DNA of 64,000 nt from Neodothiora populina (GCF_041146345.1 NW_027191417.1:744001-808000), one strand, 5' to 3'; positions 1 through 12,589 are shown, numbered from the stretch's first letter. Made by a program: numbers and translations. Notes: a model not told the origin generated them from the sequence alone.

Positions 1-117
1 TGGTTCATCGTCCCGGATGGAGAGTTACAGTACTTTGATGAAGCCATGTATCCCACTTTCACCTTTGGTGGTCAGAAGGGGCAAAGTGTGTGTACCCTCA
101 TATTCCGAAAGCGATAG
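1..117 (+). CDS. Possible C-terminal end of a gene running in from the left edge (WFIVPDGELQYFDEAMYPTFTFGGQKGQSVCTLIFRKR*)
   Basis: Frame 1 is open from base 1 to TAG at 115-117 and looks protein-like; family not recognised. Confidence 0.35.
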   Translation, partial: WFIVPDGELQYFDEAMYPTFTFGGQKGQSVCTLIFRKR

Positions 118-481
118 TCCGACTTGCGCTTGCAACAAAGAAAAAGAATTCAGTTTGAGATACCCTATTTTGCCTCGCTTAGATACAGTTTGCAACTATC
201 ATCATTCAAGTGTCTGAGATAGCACGTCCGACGCGCGAAAGCACTCTGGACTGCCCGCTTTTCCTTGACACCTCACTGCTTAGCTCCCTAGATTTTTCCG
301 CCTGTAATCATTGTTTCCATTGAACAACAGTGCCACACTTGGAAGGGGTCTATAATCACACCTTGGTATATCTTTATTATCGCCAGCCTGGTAGAGACTT
401 CTGCTCGGGCGAGATACCCTAGACTCCGTCTCCCTCTCCTCCTGCCTCGGCCATCTCAACATCGCTTTTACATGCTCCTCT

Positions 482-1213
482 TCATCCTCGAGTACCCTCT
501 TCCTTCGTGATCTCAACAGTGACAGGGTTGTCCTTGACCGTCTGATCCTTGCCTTTGGTCTCGAGAGTCTGGCCGTCGGAGGCATCCTCGACAGGAGAAG
601 CAATAGCATTCTTCGCATCTTCCTCGACGGCGATTTCGGCCTTTGGTGTGGCAGCAGCGGTTGACCTACGTACCCTTTTAGTGGCACGAGGCGCGGTGAT
701 GATAGCATAGTCATCGGCATCGCTATCTTCATCGGCAGCAACAGGGACTGCGCGCTTGCCGCCCTTCTTGTTGGGTTTCTTGACGGTCTTCTTGTCTCCT
801 TTCTTGTCTCCTTTTTCATCTCCTTTCTTGCCACCTTTAGCCTTGGCAGTGACGGCAGGCTCATCGTTATCGTTGGCGGGCTTCTTCGATCTATACAGAG
901 CATTTAGCAACGGACATTTGCAATAAAGGAGCAGTGATCCTGCATACTCAGCCGCCTCAAAGTCCTTTCTAGCAAGAACTCTCAACTTCTTGATTCTGGA
1001 CTCGACTGCATTGGGAGTGCAGGTGACTTCTGGGGTCGACATGGCTGCAGCGGCAGCTTCGTAGTCGAGCTTCACGGCGCTATCCTTGAGAAAGAACAGG
1101 AACAGCTTGCGGTCAGTCTCGGCTGGTCGAGCGTCAGCAAGATTCGTCATGATGTATTTTGTTACTCGCAAGGGTTAAGGGGGAGATTTACCGCTCCAAG
1201 TGACTCCAGGCAT
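482..1213 (-). CDS. Small fungal protein with an N-terminal Myb/SANT-like helical domain and a K/D/E-rich disordered tail; 3 exons
   Basis: ATG 1213 (MPGVTWS), intron 1191-1123 (GTAAAT..CTGAC..CAG), exon AETDRKLFLFFLKDSAVKLDYEAAAAAM..TPNAVESRIKKLR, 57-nt intron 947-891 (GTATGC..TAG), stop 482. Confidence 0.7.
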
Positions 1214-1725
1214 CTTGAAGTTTGTATATAGGTGTGGGCCTTTGAGATAGAATACACCGAGAGAATGTGTGTAAGAGGGGCAGGTTGACGTTGCAAGGAT
1301 GGTACAAGATGAAAGAGGAAGAAGAGAAGGTGGAAGGGTAGATGTCGAGTTGTAAGGCACCAGCAAGCAGTCCACGGGAAGTACAATATGCTTCACTGTA
1401 GAAAGCAATGCATGTGAGGACTAGAGCACGGGGAAATGTAAGTGACGATGTAGTCCCAGACCTCTGAGGCTTTCAGTGAGTGTTTTTGATGATTCAGAAG
1501 GATTAGTCCGAGACAGAGCCCGCTTTGCACCGTGTGGAAAGTGTGTTGTTATGCTTCACTTGACGCATGTCGAACATCAGTGGAGGGGAAACGGGGTGTT
1601 GCTTCTCTTCATATCTGTTCAGCCGTGATTCGATTCCGTCACTCGCATCTATGTGATCAGTTCTCATTCAGTCATCGACAAGCCTATCGTTGGCATACTC
1701 TATGTACACGGGTCCGCGTCCGGCG

Positions 1726-2681
1726 TCACGAACTGTTCCTCTTCAGTCTCGCTATAGTGAGCCACCTCTTCCTCTCGGTGACATTCTCTCGACCTCCATC
1801 TTTCTCCTTGGCCCACTCTCTCCTGACGCCATTTGCATCCTCTTCATAGATTTCCACCACGCCGAGCCCTTCCTCCTCTGCGACATGGAAGAAAGCAGCC
1901 AGCTTCGCACGACCCGTGTGGAAGCCACCGATTACCAGAGCGGTAGCGTCGTCGCCCTTGGACGCAGAGAGGAAGTGGAGCATGGAGCGAGCGAGGTTCC
2001 GATGTTGTCCTGGCATCCAGAAACAGTCTGCGGCGATGATCCTGCTGTACTGACCTTTGTTTTCGCGCGCGAAGTCGTTGTCGTCGTCTAGCTGTCCCCA
2101 CTCGTGGCCCTCTACCACCACTTGGGGAAGGGGTCGCTCAGCCATGTTTCGTTTGACGTTTCCCTTGATGTTGGTTAGGATCACTGGCGCAGGGTAATCG
2201 GATATGGTGACTTGTTTGGCGCCTGCCAGCGCAGCGACTATACCAGCCAGTCCGACGCCTTTTTTTTTGCAAGAACAAAAGCCCAGAATCAGCCCGCCGG
2301 CTCTGTGAGATATATTGACGTTGTTGGTATCGACGCCGCACCTGCTCCTAATTCCAGGACTCTATGGTCCTTCAGACTCCACTCGCTGCGTTCCGCATCC
2401 GACAGCAGTCGTTGGCCGCTGACTCTTTCGGCCATCAGCACCCCTGCGTTCCACAGGTAGTGGCTGAACAGGGTCCGTTCGTCTTCCTTGGCTGGGTCGC
2501 ATGTCGTCAGGGCGATTTCGCCAAAGGGCTTGCTCTTGTAGATGATGATGTCGCCGGGTGAGCCGTGGAGGTTCTGCAGGTCGTCGGTGAAGAGGAAGCC
2601 TGGTGCTGAGGCGAAGATGTCTTCGGGCGTTTCTTCAGTGTCTGGGGGGATGATCTTGATCAGATCCGTGAGGCTCGACAT
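1726..2681 (-). CDS. SAM-dependent protein methyltransferase, METTL21/NNT1-EFM7-like family
   Basis: LFSHYLWNAG, VLELGAG|VGLAGIVAALAGAKQVTISDYP (joined across one intron with an AAG acceptor), GHEWG, IIAADCFW motifs. Confidence 0.88.
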
Positions 2682-2690
2682 GGCTGTCCG

Positions 2691-2709
2691 CTCTCTCTCT
2701 CTCTCTCTC
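2691..2709. repeat. (CT)n microsatellite just upstream of the methyltransferase start
   Basis: ctctctctctctctctctc read directly. Confidence 0.95.
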
Positions 2710-3096
2710 ACGCACACACAGACGTGCAAAGACCCGGGAGGATTGTCGTTGATAGGATTACAAATCATTCAGCGTAGCATCATTGTGGTTGATATTATTA
2801 TACAAAGTACAGCGATCATGTTGTGCACGAGCCGCTTTTTCGGTCATGTCCCCGTTGCGGTTGCGGGGTATCTCGATACTTTATCATTATAACTCTATGG
2901 GCATTCGAACCCCTCCTTCGATGTTCGTCTTCAAGGAATATAAGTAGATGCTGGACGCTGCAGAGTCAGGTGTTGTCGTAAAGCAATGCAGAGATTACAA
3001 TATACCCAGAAAGCTCAGAGCAGAATAATCACAAAGTAAAAGCAGCGGGATTGCACAATTTACACCCTACAGCTCTGCATCAACGTCATATCTGCA

Positions 3097-3744
3097 ATGC
3101 TCACCTTGATAAGCGCGACGCCATCTCCATACGCGCGAAAGGTGCGCATAGCACTCGCGGAGAAGAAGATAGCCTTCACACTGCAGACAGAAGTTCCCTG
3201 GGACCAGACGACGCAGACACCGCAGTACAACCCACTGGAGAAAGTGCCGGTGCTCATCCTCGACGACGGCAAAGCAGTCTACGAGTCCAGTTTCATTCTG
3301 GAATGGATCGAGGCAAAGTTCCCCGAGCCTAGGCTCCGACCACCAGTGACAGACATCGACGACGGGCTCTTCACCAAGCAAGTCGAAGTCGTGGCCGACG
3401 GTGTCTGCGATGCTCTGGTCTTGGCCTTCTTCGAGAAGATGCGCGACGAAGACAAACAGTCCAAAGCCTGGATCGCCAGACAGATGCGCAAAGTGGATGG
3501 GGGGCTGAAAGCTCTCGCGACTTGGGTTGATGAGAAGCCGGGTGATTTCGTGACTCCTGGTGGGTTTGGGCTGGCTGACATTGCTATTGGGAGTGTCTGT
3601 GGCTACTTGGCTGTGAGGTGGCCCGAACATGGTTGGAAGGAGCAATATCCGGGGTTGAAGAAACACTGGGAGATGCTGGAGACGAGACGGAGCTTCAAGG
3701 ATACGGTACCGTCGCCGCAGAAAATCACAGATACTGTAGTCTAG
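3097..3744 (+). CDS. Glutathione S-transferase, intronless
   Basis: SPYARKVRIALAEK, NPLEKVPVL, YESSFILEWIE, FGLADIA motifs of GST N- and C-domains. Confidence 0.93.
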   Translation: MLTLISATPSPYARKVRIALAEKKIAFTLQTEVPWDQTTQTPQYNPLEKVPVLILDDGKAVYESSFILEWIEAKFPEPRLRPPVTDIDDGLFTKQVEVVADGVCDALVLAFFEKMRDEDKQSKAWIARQMRKVDGGLKALATWVDEKPGDFVTPGGFGLADIAIGSVCGYLAVRWPEHGWKEQYPGLKKHWEMLETRRSFKDTVPSPQKITDTVV

Positions 3745-4060
3745 ATGTGTGATGGTAGTAACATGGCAGAGCGGTATACTAGGTAGTGTTATCTTTGTTG
3801 TCATGTTGTTGTTATCTTATTGTGGCTGGCGCCGACAATGTCCGAGACAAAGACGGTGGACTGTGGGGAACCTTCCTCTGTCTTTCCTGACCACCTGACC
3901 TTCTATCATTCTATACCACCATTACATCCGTTGTGTTTGTCGAGTACGAGTCCGTCGAGCATGCTATCGAGTGACTGAGTTGTCCATGATCATATCTGCC
4001 CTCCTATCCAGGGCTCAAAGTCATCACATCTCCTGCTAGTCGGGAGCCTAGACAGCCTGC

Positions 4061-5513
4061 ATGATGGCGTCGAACAAAGCAATGGTGCCGTTTCTGGTCT
4101 TCATGATGCTCCTCACTGGCGCGTGCAATACTCTGTTCACCAAATACCAGGTATGATGGTAGCTGCAACATATACAGTGAGCGGCGCAGGGCTGACATCG
4201 GATAGGACATGCAATGCGTAGCCAATTGCGACTCCCCAGACCCGAGCAAACACAAGATGTTTGAGCAGCCCGTCATCCAAACCCTTCAGATGTTCATTGG
4301 CGAATGCGGCTGTTGGATTGTCGTTCTCGCTTCTTTCCTCTACCGTCGCTTCATCTCGTCCAAATCCACCTCGGCCAGAGACGACATCGAATACGAGCGC
4401 GTCAGCGACGTTGACGAGACGCAGCCGCTCACTCGCCGGAGAACCGATGAAGAGATAGAACCCACCGATGCTCCCTTCAAGCCGTTTGTTGATGCAGAGG
4501 CAGAAGGAGGAGCAAGACTGCCCCTGAAGGGGTGGAAGGTCATATTGTTAGCATTGCCCGCTTGCTGTGACATTACTGGCACCACCCTCATGAACGTTGG
4601 CTTGCTCTTCGTCGCCGCCAGCATTTACCAGATGACACGAGGTGCTCTGGTCCTTTTCGTCGCTCTCTTCAGTGTCGTCTTCCTCAAGAAGCACCTGGGA
4701 CCTGCCAAATGGCTCAGTCTGTTCGTCGTCGTCTTGGGTGTAGCCGTCGTCGGTCTTGCTGGTGCTTTGGAACAGAGGATACCCGAGATTCCCCATGCCG
4801 ACGAGACTTCGGCCAGCAGTCTCCATCTCGCCGCAAAGGTCGCCAGAGACGCAGTCGTGGCTGCTACCGGCCATACTGCTGCGCAGACTGCCGTTGGTAT
4901 TCTTCTTATTGCCGGCGCTCAGCTCTTTACAGCTTCACAATTCGTCCTCGAGGAAACCATCATGGCCAAGTATGAGTTGGACCCGCTCGCCACTGTCGGC
5001 TGGGAGGGTTTCTTTGGCCTGACCGTCACCATCCTCTGCATGATTGTGCTTCACTTTGCCGTGGGTAGGACACCTGCCGGCCGCGGCGGTTACTTTGATG
5101 CAACCGAGGGACTGAGTCAGATCGCCAACAATCGTGCCATTGCTGTCAGTGGTGTCCTCACCATGATCTCCATAGGGTAAGAAGCACCCAAGTCTCCTCC
5201 TCGCACCGGAGAGAAATACTGACTTTGTCTTTTCAACAGTGGTTTCAACTTCTTCGGTCTCTCTGTCACGCGCACCGTATCCGCCACCGCACGCAGCACA
5301 ATCGACACGTGCAGAACCCTGGTCATCTGGGTCGTGAGTCTGGGTCTGGGATGGGAGTCGTTCAAGTGGCTGCAGGTCGTCGGCTTCGCCTTGCTCGTCT
5401 ACGGCACCGCCGTCTTCAACGAGATTGCTAGGCCGCCGCTCGTGCGCTTGTGGCGTAGGAATGCCGGTGTTTCCTCTTCTTCCTCCGACCCGGAAGGTTC
5501 GAGGAATGAATGA
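4061..5513 (+). CDS. SLC35F6-like drug/metabolite (nucleotide-sugar type) transporter; 3 exons
   Basis: MLLTGACNTLFTKYQ|DMQCV, FEQPVIQTLQMFIGE, LPACCDITGTTLMNVGL, SIYQMTRG, FNFFGLSVTRTVSATARSTIDTCRT; introns 4151-4205 and 5177-5239. Confidence 0.9.
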
Positions 5514-5780
5514 GCGAGGCTGTCGATTCTATGACTGGTCGCTCCGGTCCAGTGTTTTTCCTGCCCTCATACTATATATTTCTGCACATCTTCAATGAAT
5601 ATTCTCTACTATGGAGACGCTATTGTCTTCTTTCCCTCATGTGTGCTCGTTCTCCTGCATCATATCATGTTCAAGTCATGTCACATTCATCACTGGAAAA
5701 GGAGCCAAGAAGTCCATCATGATCATCATCAACATTGTCATTTGTGTCATTTCTCTTTGCATACCTTATCGCTGACTGAC

Positions 5781-5805
5781 TGGCTGGCTGGCTGGCTGGC
5801 TGGCT
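5781..5805. repeat. (GGCT)n microsatellite between convergent genes
   Basis: tggctggctggctggctggctggct read directly. Confidence 0.9.
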
Positions 5806-6089
5806 AAAGTTATCGTGCAGACAAGAAGACAGAGAAAGAGAACATCGTTATCAGAGGAGATGATAGACAGAAAAGAAGAGGAACGAGGAAAAGAAGAAAC
5901 AGATCATTCATCTCGTCCACATGTCGCATGCCTTTTTGCTCGCTAGTAGCGCCATTTCTTTTCTCTCTCCATTCTACGTCCTTATCTTTCTCTCCCCCAG
6001 ATCGATACGCGATAGAGAGGAGGAAATAGAAAGAAAAAAAAGAGAAGCGGAAGAGGAATACAATATGGTACAGTACATGTTCTCAATCC

Positions 6090-9000
6090 TCAGTCCTGGA
6101 CAATTGTAAACGTCGTGATGCCGGGACCCGCCCGTCTCTGAGTCTGAGTCTGACTTGGAGCTGCTGCTGCTGCATCGTCATATCTGCCTCTGCCGCCGCC
6201 GCCACCATTGACGCCCATGACTGCAGCTTTCTCCTCCTGCTGTGCCGCTGCCACCATGACTTTGTCATTGTTCTTGTCGCTCGATGGGCTGTTGCCTTTC
6301 TTGTCGTGCAGCAAAAACGGCGTCGGGTCAAGACAGCAGTCGAAGCGGTAATCCAGCGAGAGTCCGGATAGATGAACGCAATCAGGCGAATCGGCATGCG
6401 TGGCGGCCGTCATGAAATCGCTGTATTTGATCCAGCGCAAGGAGTCCATGGACAAGAATCTGCTGCGGTCGTCGGCGATTTGCAAGCGGGTCTTTTCGGC
6501 CAGCACAAGTTCGGCTATGAGGTCTTCGTGTTCGAAATCCTCGTCTGCTGATGGCAAGGGATGTACCAGGCTGTTCGATTGCAGGCAGAGCAACATTGCT
6601 CGGCGCTGCTCTTGCGATACCTCTATGCTTACCGTTCTCGCCAGTGATGACTGAACGGCCGAGGGATCGACGGGGAGTCCGAGCAAAGCTGCTGCGCCAG
6701 TATTGGTGAGAATCGCCGCCGCTTGGTAGCTCAGCATCCAAAGATCATCCGGTTCTTCGTGTTCCCCTACCACTGACCCTATGTCGACACGCTTGACGAC
6801 CTGTATGGGCAGGAAATGACGTTGCACGTACTTCTGTTTCTCGACCTCGCTTGCCATCGCTGGGCCTAGCACATGGCGCAGAGCACTCGGTAACGCCTGT
6901 AGCAGCTCCTCGGTCTTTACACGTCGCTCCTCCGCCATACGTCGTTGATGCTGTTGTCGAATCTCCTCGGCCTTGCGCTTGGCTTCCATTCTCCGTGCCT
7001 CTTCTTCTTCCTTCTTGACCTGCTCCGCCTTGATTTTCTCCTCGGCCAGTAATTCTGCCTTGATCTTAGCCTCGAGCTCGGCCTTTTCGGCGGCTTCGGC
7101 CTGCGCCTGCGCCTGCGCTTGCGCTGCCAATTCAGCCTCCGCCTGTGCATCGATTTCTTCTCCATGCTGATCGGCGTCTTCCAGCTTGACGCTCTGCTCG
7201 TCATGCGCACGGTCTTCAGCTTCTGACGTAACAGTAGGTTTCTCAACATCTGGAGATTCGAGCGGTTTTCGATGGGTGCGCGGACGAGAGGACGATCTAT
7301 GCTTTTCCTGTACCTCCGAGTTGTGGGATGATGTGCTCGCTTTACGAGGACGGCCACCTTTCCTTCCCTTTGCAGGTTTCGAAGAACGCTTGTCCTGGCA
7401 GTGCGACTCTTCACCATCGACCGAGTCATTATGATCATGGTCAGAATCCGATGATGAGAAAGGTCGGCGTCCGTGACTCGCTTGTCGCATGACTTTCTTC
7501 GAGACCAGACGTCGCCTGCTTCTAGCTTGCTCGTTTGAGTCCAGATCGTCCAACTCAGCATCTGAGTCTGATCGTCGCTGCGGGCTCCGTCTGCGCTTCC
7601 CGTTCTCGCGTCTAGAGACGGGGCTCGAGCTGAGTCTTTCGGATTGCATGCGCTCGTCGTAGAGCCTTTTGAAGAGATCCTTCTCCTGCTGCCAATTCGG
7701 ACCCTGTCGTTGCTGAGCTAGCTCATACCACGTCATCCCGTTGCTTCTGGACCGCCAAGTAGGGTTGAACCCGTCTGCGCCGGTCAGATACTTGACCATC
7801 TCGAAATGCGAAGTTCCAACAACGGCAAGGAGCGGTAGCTCTGGTCGTTTCTTGGCGTCCCTAGGTTTCATCTCAGCTAAGAGCATGCTGACGGTGAACG
7901 TATCGCCAGTCCTAGCCGCGGCGGCCACAATCTCATTGGTAACTTGAACTTGTGCTTTCAATAATTCAAGAATCCCAGCTTGATCGTTCTCACCAGCTAG
8001 GCGCAGAAGATTACTGGAAGTGTAGGCGAGAAAATGTAGCTCCTTGCTCGGTCCAGGCCGCTGCACCGGATCGCCTTCCCTTTGCTGTTGCTGTCCGTCG
8101 TCGTTGTTCCTCCATTCTTCAATGGCTTCACGTAACGCAGCCCGGATCTCCTGTGCGTTTTCCGTGTCCTCGGTAATCACATCGAGCGCTTGCTGACCCT
8201 TCAAGTTTTGTCTCAGAGGATTGACACCAGCCTCAAGTAGTAAGCGCACAACTTCGATATGGCCGTTCTCTACAGCATCTATGAGAGGCGTATCCTGGTC
8301 CGTATTTGCGGTGTGCGGATTACACTTTTCGGCGAGGAGATAGCGGACAATCTCAGGGTATCCGTTGAGCGAAGCGACTTGCAAGGGCGTATTGCCGGCA
8401 AATTCTCTTTGCTCTAGCTGTTCGGGATCTTTATTACGCCATTCCTTGACCGATTCGAGATCACCGTTCTCGCAAGCTTCAGCAAGCCGAGTAAATCCAT
8501 ACTTGTTGACGTGGCGCTTGTGGTCCCGACCCAAAGGTCTTCCAGGCGTCGAGACAGATCTATTCACGTTTCGGGTTAGTCTGTTGAAGTGGTGCTGCTG
8601 TGAAGCCTCCGATGATGTGTCCGAGTCCCAATGATTTCTCGTTGGCTTGACTTCCCGCACAGGGAATTGTGTAGCCGCTCTACGTGATCTCCCAGAAGAA
8701 GGGCCGGTTGAATTCCTGCTCTGGTCCGTCCAGCTTGCCTGAGTCGAGATGGTTCGACGATGCCTACGTAGCTGTGGCGAAGTCGAGCCACCGTTTTCCT
8801 TTCGGCCGTGGGTGCGTGCCTCATCACTTGCTCTGCGGCGTCGACGAGGAGGCTCCATGTTTGCCTGCAAATAGGATTCCCTGCGTTTTCGTTTGCGAGT
8901 GTGTGACGTTTCCCCAATCCGATTCGTCTTGCTCTTTGTATCTTCGTCGTCATCATCGCTGTGCCCACCCTCGTTGTTGTCAACCTTTGCACGCGCTCCA

Positions 9001-9569
9001 CGTAGCAGTCCTTCCGTATCCGAGCCGGCGAAAGAAGATCTCATCGACATGACTTCGCTAAGGTTATCGCTTTCGTCGTCGTCGTCGTCGTGTACTGCCG
9101 CACCTCCGGTGGCATCAGTTTCATTTGTCTCCGGAGCTCCACCATGTTTGCAACGATCCAGTCCTTTCGTGCCATTTTTTTGCTCTGTGCGATTTTCTTC
9201 TTCCGCTGAGTGATGGGTATCTGTTGCGTTGCCGTCCTTGTAAGAAACGTGGTTGCTGTCACGTCTCTCGGCCTCTCTCAATGCTTGACGTTTCTTGACA
9301 GGAGACGATATCAGGGTCTCAGCCTCGGAGTCGTTTTCAATATCTGTGTTGTTTCTAGTGCCATTTCCATTGGGTTCCAGAGCTGAAGGTCCTTTCAAAA
9401 GGCTCTTGCCGTCTTCTTCTTGTTGTAGTTGAGGAGGAGACGACTTGGGCAGGTGCGCTGATGGTGCATTCTGACCATGGGCTACGGAAGACTCATCGAA
9501 GTTGACATATCCCGGTGTACCAGCAAGAACCTGTCTCGGGATAGCAGTTATGCTTGTGCTATCGCTCAT
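6090..9569 (-). CDS. HOS4: Ankyrin-repeat protein, Set3C histone deacetylase complex subunit Hos4-like
   Basis: 1159-aa ORF; ankyrin repeats (GFTRLAEACENGD, GNTPLQVASLNGYPEIV, DTPLIDAVENGHIEVV) flanked by charged disordered regions and a coiled coil; orthology inferred from architecture. Confidence 0.75.
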   Translation of the reverse strand: MSDSTSITAIPRQVLAGTPGYVNFDESSVAHGQNAPSAHLPKSSPPQLQQEEDGKSLLKGPSALEPNGNGTRNNTDIENDSEAETLISSPVKKRQALREAERRDSNHVSYKDGNATDTHHSAEEENRTEQKNGTKGLDRCKHGGAPETNETDATGGAAVHDDDDDESDNLSEVMSMRSSFAGSDTEGLLRGARAKVDNNEGGHSDDDDEDTKSKTNRIGETSHTRKRKRRESYLQANMEPPRRRRRASDEARTHGRKENGGSTSPQLRRHRRTISTQASWTDQSRNSTGPSSGRSRRAATQFPVREVKPTRNHWDSDTSSEASQQHHFNRLTRNVNRSVSTPGRPLGRDHKRHVNKYGFTRLAEACENGDLESVKEWRNKDPEQLEQREFAGNTPLQVASLNGYPEIVRYLLAEKCNPHTANTDQDTPLIDAVENGHIEVVRLLLEAGVNPLRQNLKGQQALDVITEDTENAQEIRAALREAIEEWRNNDDGQQQQREGDPVQRPGPSKELHFLAYTSSNLLRLAGENDQAGILELLKAQVQVTNEIVAAAARTGDTFTVSMLLAEMKPRDAKKRPELPLLAVVGTSHFEMVKYLTGADGFNPTWRSRSNGMTWYELAQQRQGPNWQQEKDLFKRLYDERMQSERLSSSPVSRRENGKRRRSPQRRSDSDAELDDLDSNEQARSRRRLVSKKVMRQASHGRRPFSSSDSDHDHNDSVDGEESHCQDKRSSKPAKGRKGGRPRKASTSSHNSEVQEKHRSSSRPRTHRKPLESPDVEKPTVTSEAEDRAHDEQSVKLEDADQHGEEIDAQAEAELAAQAQAQAQAEAAEKAELEAKIKAELLAEEKIKAEQVKKEEEEARRMEAKRKAEEIRQQHQRRMAEERRVKTEELLQALPSALRHVLGPAMASEVEKQKYVQRHFLPIQVVKRVDIGSVVGEHEEPDDLWMLSYQAAAILTNTGAAALLGLPVDPSAVQSSLARTVSIEVSQEQRRAMLLCLQSNSLVHPLPSADEDFEHEDLIAELVLAEKTRLQIADDRSRFLSMDSLRWIKYSDFMTAATHADSPDCVHLSGLSLDYRFDCCLDPTPFLLHDKKGNSPSSDKNNDKVMVAAAQQEEKAAVMGVNGGGGGRGRYDDAAAAAPSQTQTQRRAGPGITTFTIVQD

Positions 9570-10562
9570 GCCGTATCGACACAGTCAGGCAGCCTCATGC
9601 TCCCTCGAGACTCGGGAATGAAAGGCGATGAAAAGACAAGGTGCCAGCAGATGGCAAATCGGACGAATAACAGACTGGAGCTTTCAGTCCGACGAGTGGG
9701 TGGTGAAGAATGTTGTGACCGGTAAGGAACACCGAGTTGTCGTACTCAAGTTGTCATTTGCGTTGCAGGTGAGGAGGGAAGAAGCCGTTCCATCTTGGAT
9801 TACCCGCACGGACCTCCAGAGTCACGTGCGCGGGATCATGCAACAACATACTCCGTAGTGGATCAGAGGAGGGCAGGATAAAGTGCATCACTGCAGATCA
9901 GATAGACGTTGGAGCAGGCATCGTCTGTCCTGTAGTTATGTACAGTAGCAATCCGTCCATCAAATCTCATGCGTGCATGGAAGATTGCCAGTGGTAAAAG
10001 ATGTGTAGGTTGTTGGTTAAGAAGATTGCTCACCCTTCACTCCACGTATCGACAAGGCATATTTGGTGGACGGAATGGGTCAAAGGCTGGGCAGGCAAAA
10101 CCAAAGTCGAGAAGGCATTTTATTGCCTCATAGTGATGTTACTCTGCATAGTGTTGTACTACCACCCTTTGGGCCGTCGTAGGAAGCATGGGGTCCTTTG
10201 CCACGCCCCTGCTGCACAAGGTATTGTAGTGGTGGTCAGTAGCTAGCAGTCGTGTCCCACATGATGATTCGTAATGCAATATATGCTCAGCTGTGACTTG
10301 AAGAGACCTGAATACATGCAAATAAATACATAGTGAAAATAGAACTTCGAAAATTGTCCTGAAGGAAGTCACATTGAAGCGTGCGACGTGCGACCTGACT
10401 CCGCTGCTGCTGCTGCTGCTCCTTCTGCTCGGCCTACCTTACCCAGCCCCGGCAAGCTTCGACAGGATCGTGCTATGGAACCGAATATTTATTTGGCCAA
10501 TTACAACACATGTAGTATCACACAGTCCGGCATCTACGGTAGTCAATTGCTATTTCTGGCCA

Positions 10563-11586
10563 ATGACAATGGATGCAGTCACTGCAATGAGGGCATGCTA
10601 CGTGGTCGTCGCTTTTTGCGTAAGTATATTACGTCTTCTTGCAGTCAAGGCAGGCACACCTTGACTAATGTCTCAATAGATTGCTGTTGCTGGCTCAGTC
10701 CCAATCCTGTCCAAATGCTTCTTGACGTATGGATCTCGTGAGACTATTCAGGCTTCTGGGGAGGGGAAGACAAACAATGCCGCGGTGCAATTAATCAATA
10801 CACTTGCGACAATCCGCGTTCCTCACAGTTGGTTCGCGTCCTTCTACGTGGTATCCGTAGCGTGTTCGATCTTGTGGGCATCTCAGATGGTCCTAGATGC
10901 CTCTATAGTTCGGACAGTCGCTGCTGCTGCGAAGCAGCGCTCTCACTCAATGAGTATCGAGCAGGTCGCAGTCACCTGGTTACTCATGCTGTTACAGGGA
11001 ACTCGACGATTGTATGAATGCATGACATTGACCAAACCGTCCTCTTCTCAAATGTGGATCGGTCACTGGGCCTTTGGGCTATGGTTTTACACGACCACCA
11101 GTGTAGCAGTGTGGATCGAAGGAAGCTGTAAGTATTCACCATGCCGCTCTACTCTGAGTCTCTATAGCTAACGTTTTGCTTCCCCAAGCCGCTCTTCTTA
11201 GTGCTTCGCAGCAAGCTAAGCACATCTCGTTGCAGTCTCCTAGCCTCCGCACTGTGGTTGGTATAACTGGCTTTTTCGTTGCATCTGCAATCCAGCACTA
11301 CTGTCATGCATACCTTGCATCACTCAAGAAGTACACCGTGCCAAGCCACCCGCTTTTCCATCGCGTTGTATGCCCTCACTACCTAGCAGAGTGCCTCATA
11401 TATATGACCATGTCATTAGTCGCAGCACCTCGCGGCTGTGTGTTCAATCGCACATTATTGGCCGCTCTGTTCTTGGTAGCCGTGAACCTCGGCATTACGG
11501 CTGATGGTACGAAGACTTGGTATAGAGATAAGTTTGGCAAGCAGTCCGTTGAATCACGATGGCGCATGATTCCGTTCATATACTAG
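10563..11586 (+). CDS. DFG10: Polyprenal/polyprenol reductase (steroid 5-alpha-reductase family); 3 exons
   Basis: LTYGSR, RVPHSWFASFY, QGTRRLYEC, HAYLASLKKYTVP, VVCPHYLAECLIY, WRMIPFIY; GTAAGT donors at about 10620 and 11128. Confidence 0.88.
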
Positions 11587-11738
11587 TATCGTAGCTCATC
11601 ATGAAATCTTGACTCAAGTGTCGTTATGACCACGGGTCTCTCAATCATCGTATCCCAGGTCCTCAAGAACGACATGATCCAGGGGTATCGTGGGAAAAGC
11701 AGAAACTCCAAAACGCCATTGCTATCCAGGAGCATATA

Positions 11739-12273
11739 TCAAGCAGAGATCTTTCCGCCGGTACTTTCCACCACTTTTGTTATATCTTCTCGACATTCTG
11801 GCAGGGCACTCATCATCTCCCTTGCCAAAACATCGCGAAAGTCGGCGTATGCTTTGCTTCTTCCTTTCAATTGTTGGTTCAGTCTCTGGACCAGCTCCAC
11901 AAATTCGCGAGTGTAAATGTCGGGGTTGCGCGAGCGTTCCACATAATCGATAATCTCTGGAGGAAGGCCGGTGGGAAGGCGACGTGAGGTCTCGATCAGG
12001 GATAGCAGATTCTGGATGAGCAATTTACTACATTTGTGTAAGTTATGGCCTTGTGCGTCTACATCTGGGTTACCATACATCTCCGCACTCATTGCCTGGG
12101 TGGCATTTGCACTGTGATGGTCGAAAGTCTGGACTATAAGTACATAGAGATTATTGATGATCCCTTTGAGCTGCTCTGGAGAAAAGTCAATACATGAGTG
12201 ATTGTAATATCCTCGTTGTGTACAAACCATCCACCTCGTCCAGACTGGCGACACCCATCTTTTCCTCAGACAT
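11739..12273 (-). CDS. MED10: Mediator complex subunit Med10; 3 exons
   Basis: LPPEIIDYVERSRNPDIYTREFVELVQRLNQQLKGR signature; ATG at 12273 (MSEEKMG). Confidence 0.92.
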
Positions 12274-12589
12274 TATCTCCGCAAGTGACTGAGCAATAGT
12301 TGAGGCATATAACAGTGCTGTATAAGGTAACTTCTAGACATGGAGTCTGGGGAAAGGTTTGGATCTATGGGTTACGAATCCGCACAGACCAGCGCATGGA
12401 GATACATGACTCAATGTAACTCTACAGTGCCTTCCTTACTTTCCAGAAGTGTTACTATGCCTTACCATGCCTTACTTCGTCCAAGTTTCACCACTTTCTT
12501 CGACTAGTCCATGTCCCAGAAAGCTAGTTATTTATCGCTTAAACTCTTGAGAGCAAGTGAATGGCGCATGAGTGTTCTGCAACTATGTT

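Noticed and set aside
280..903. 207-aa overlapping minus-strand ORF
   Set aside because: Alternative frame of the Myb-like gene's low-complexity tail; starts inside an intron
2682..2768. N-terminal extensions in the ORF track for the methyltransferase and the ING-like gene (58875-59021)
   Set aside because: They translate microsatellite UTR tracts from non-ATG starts
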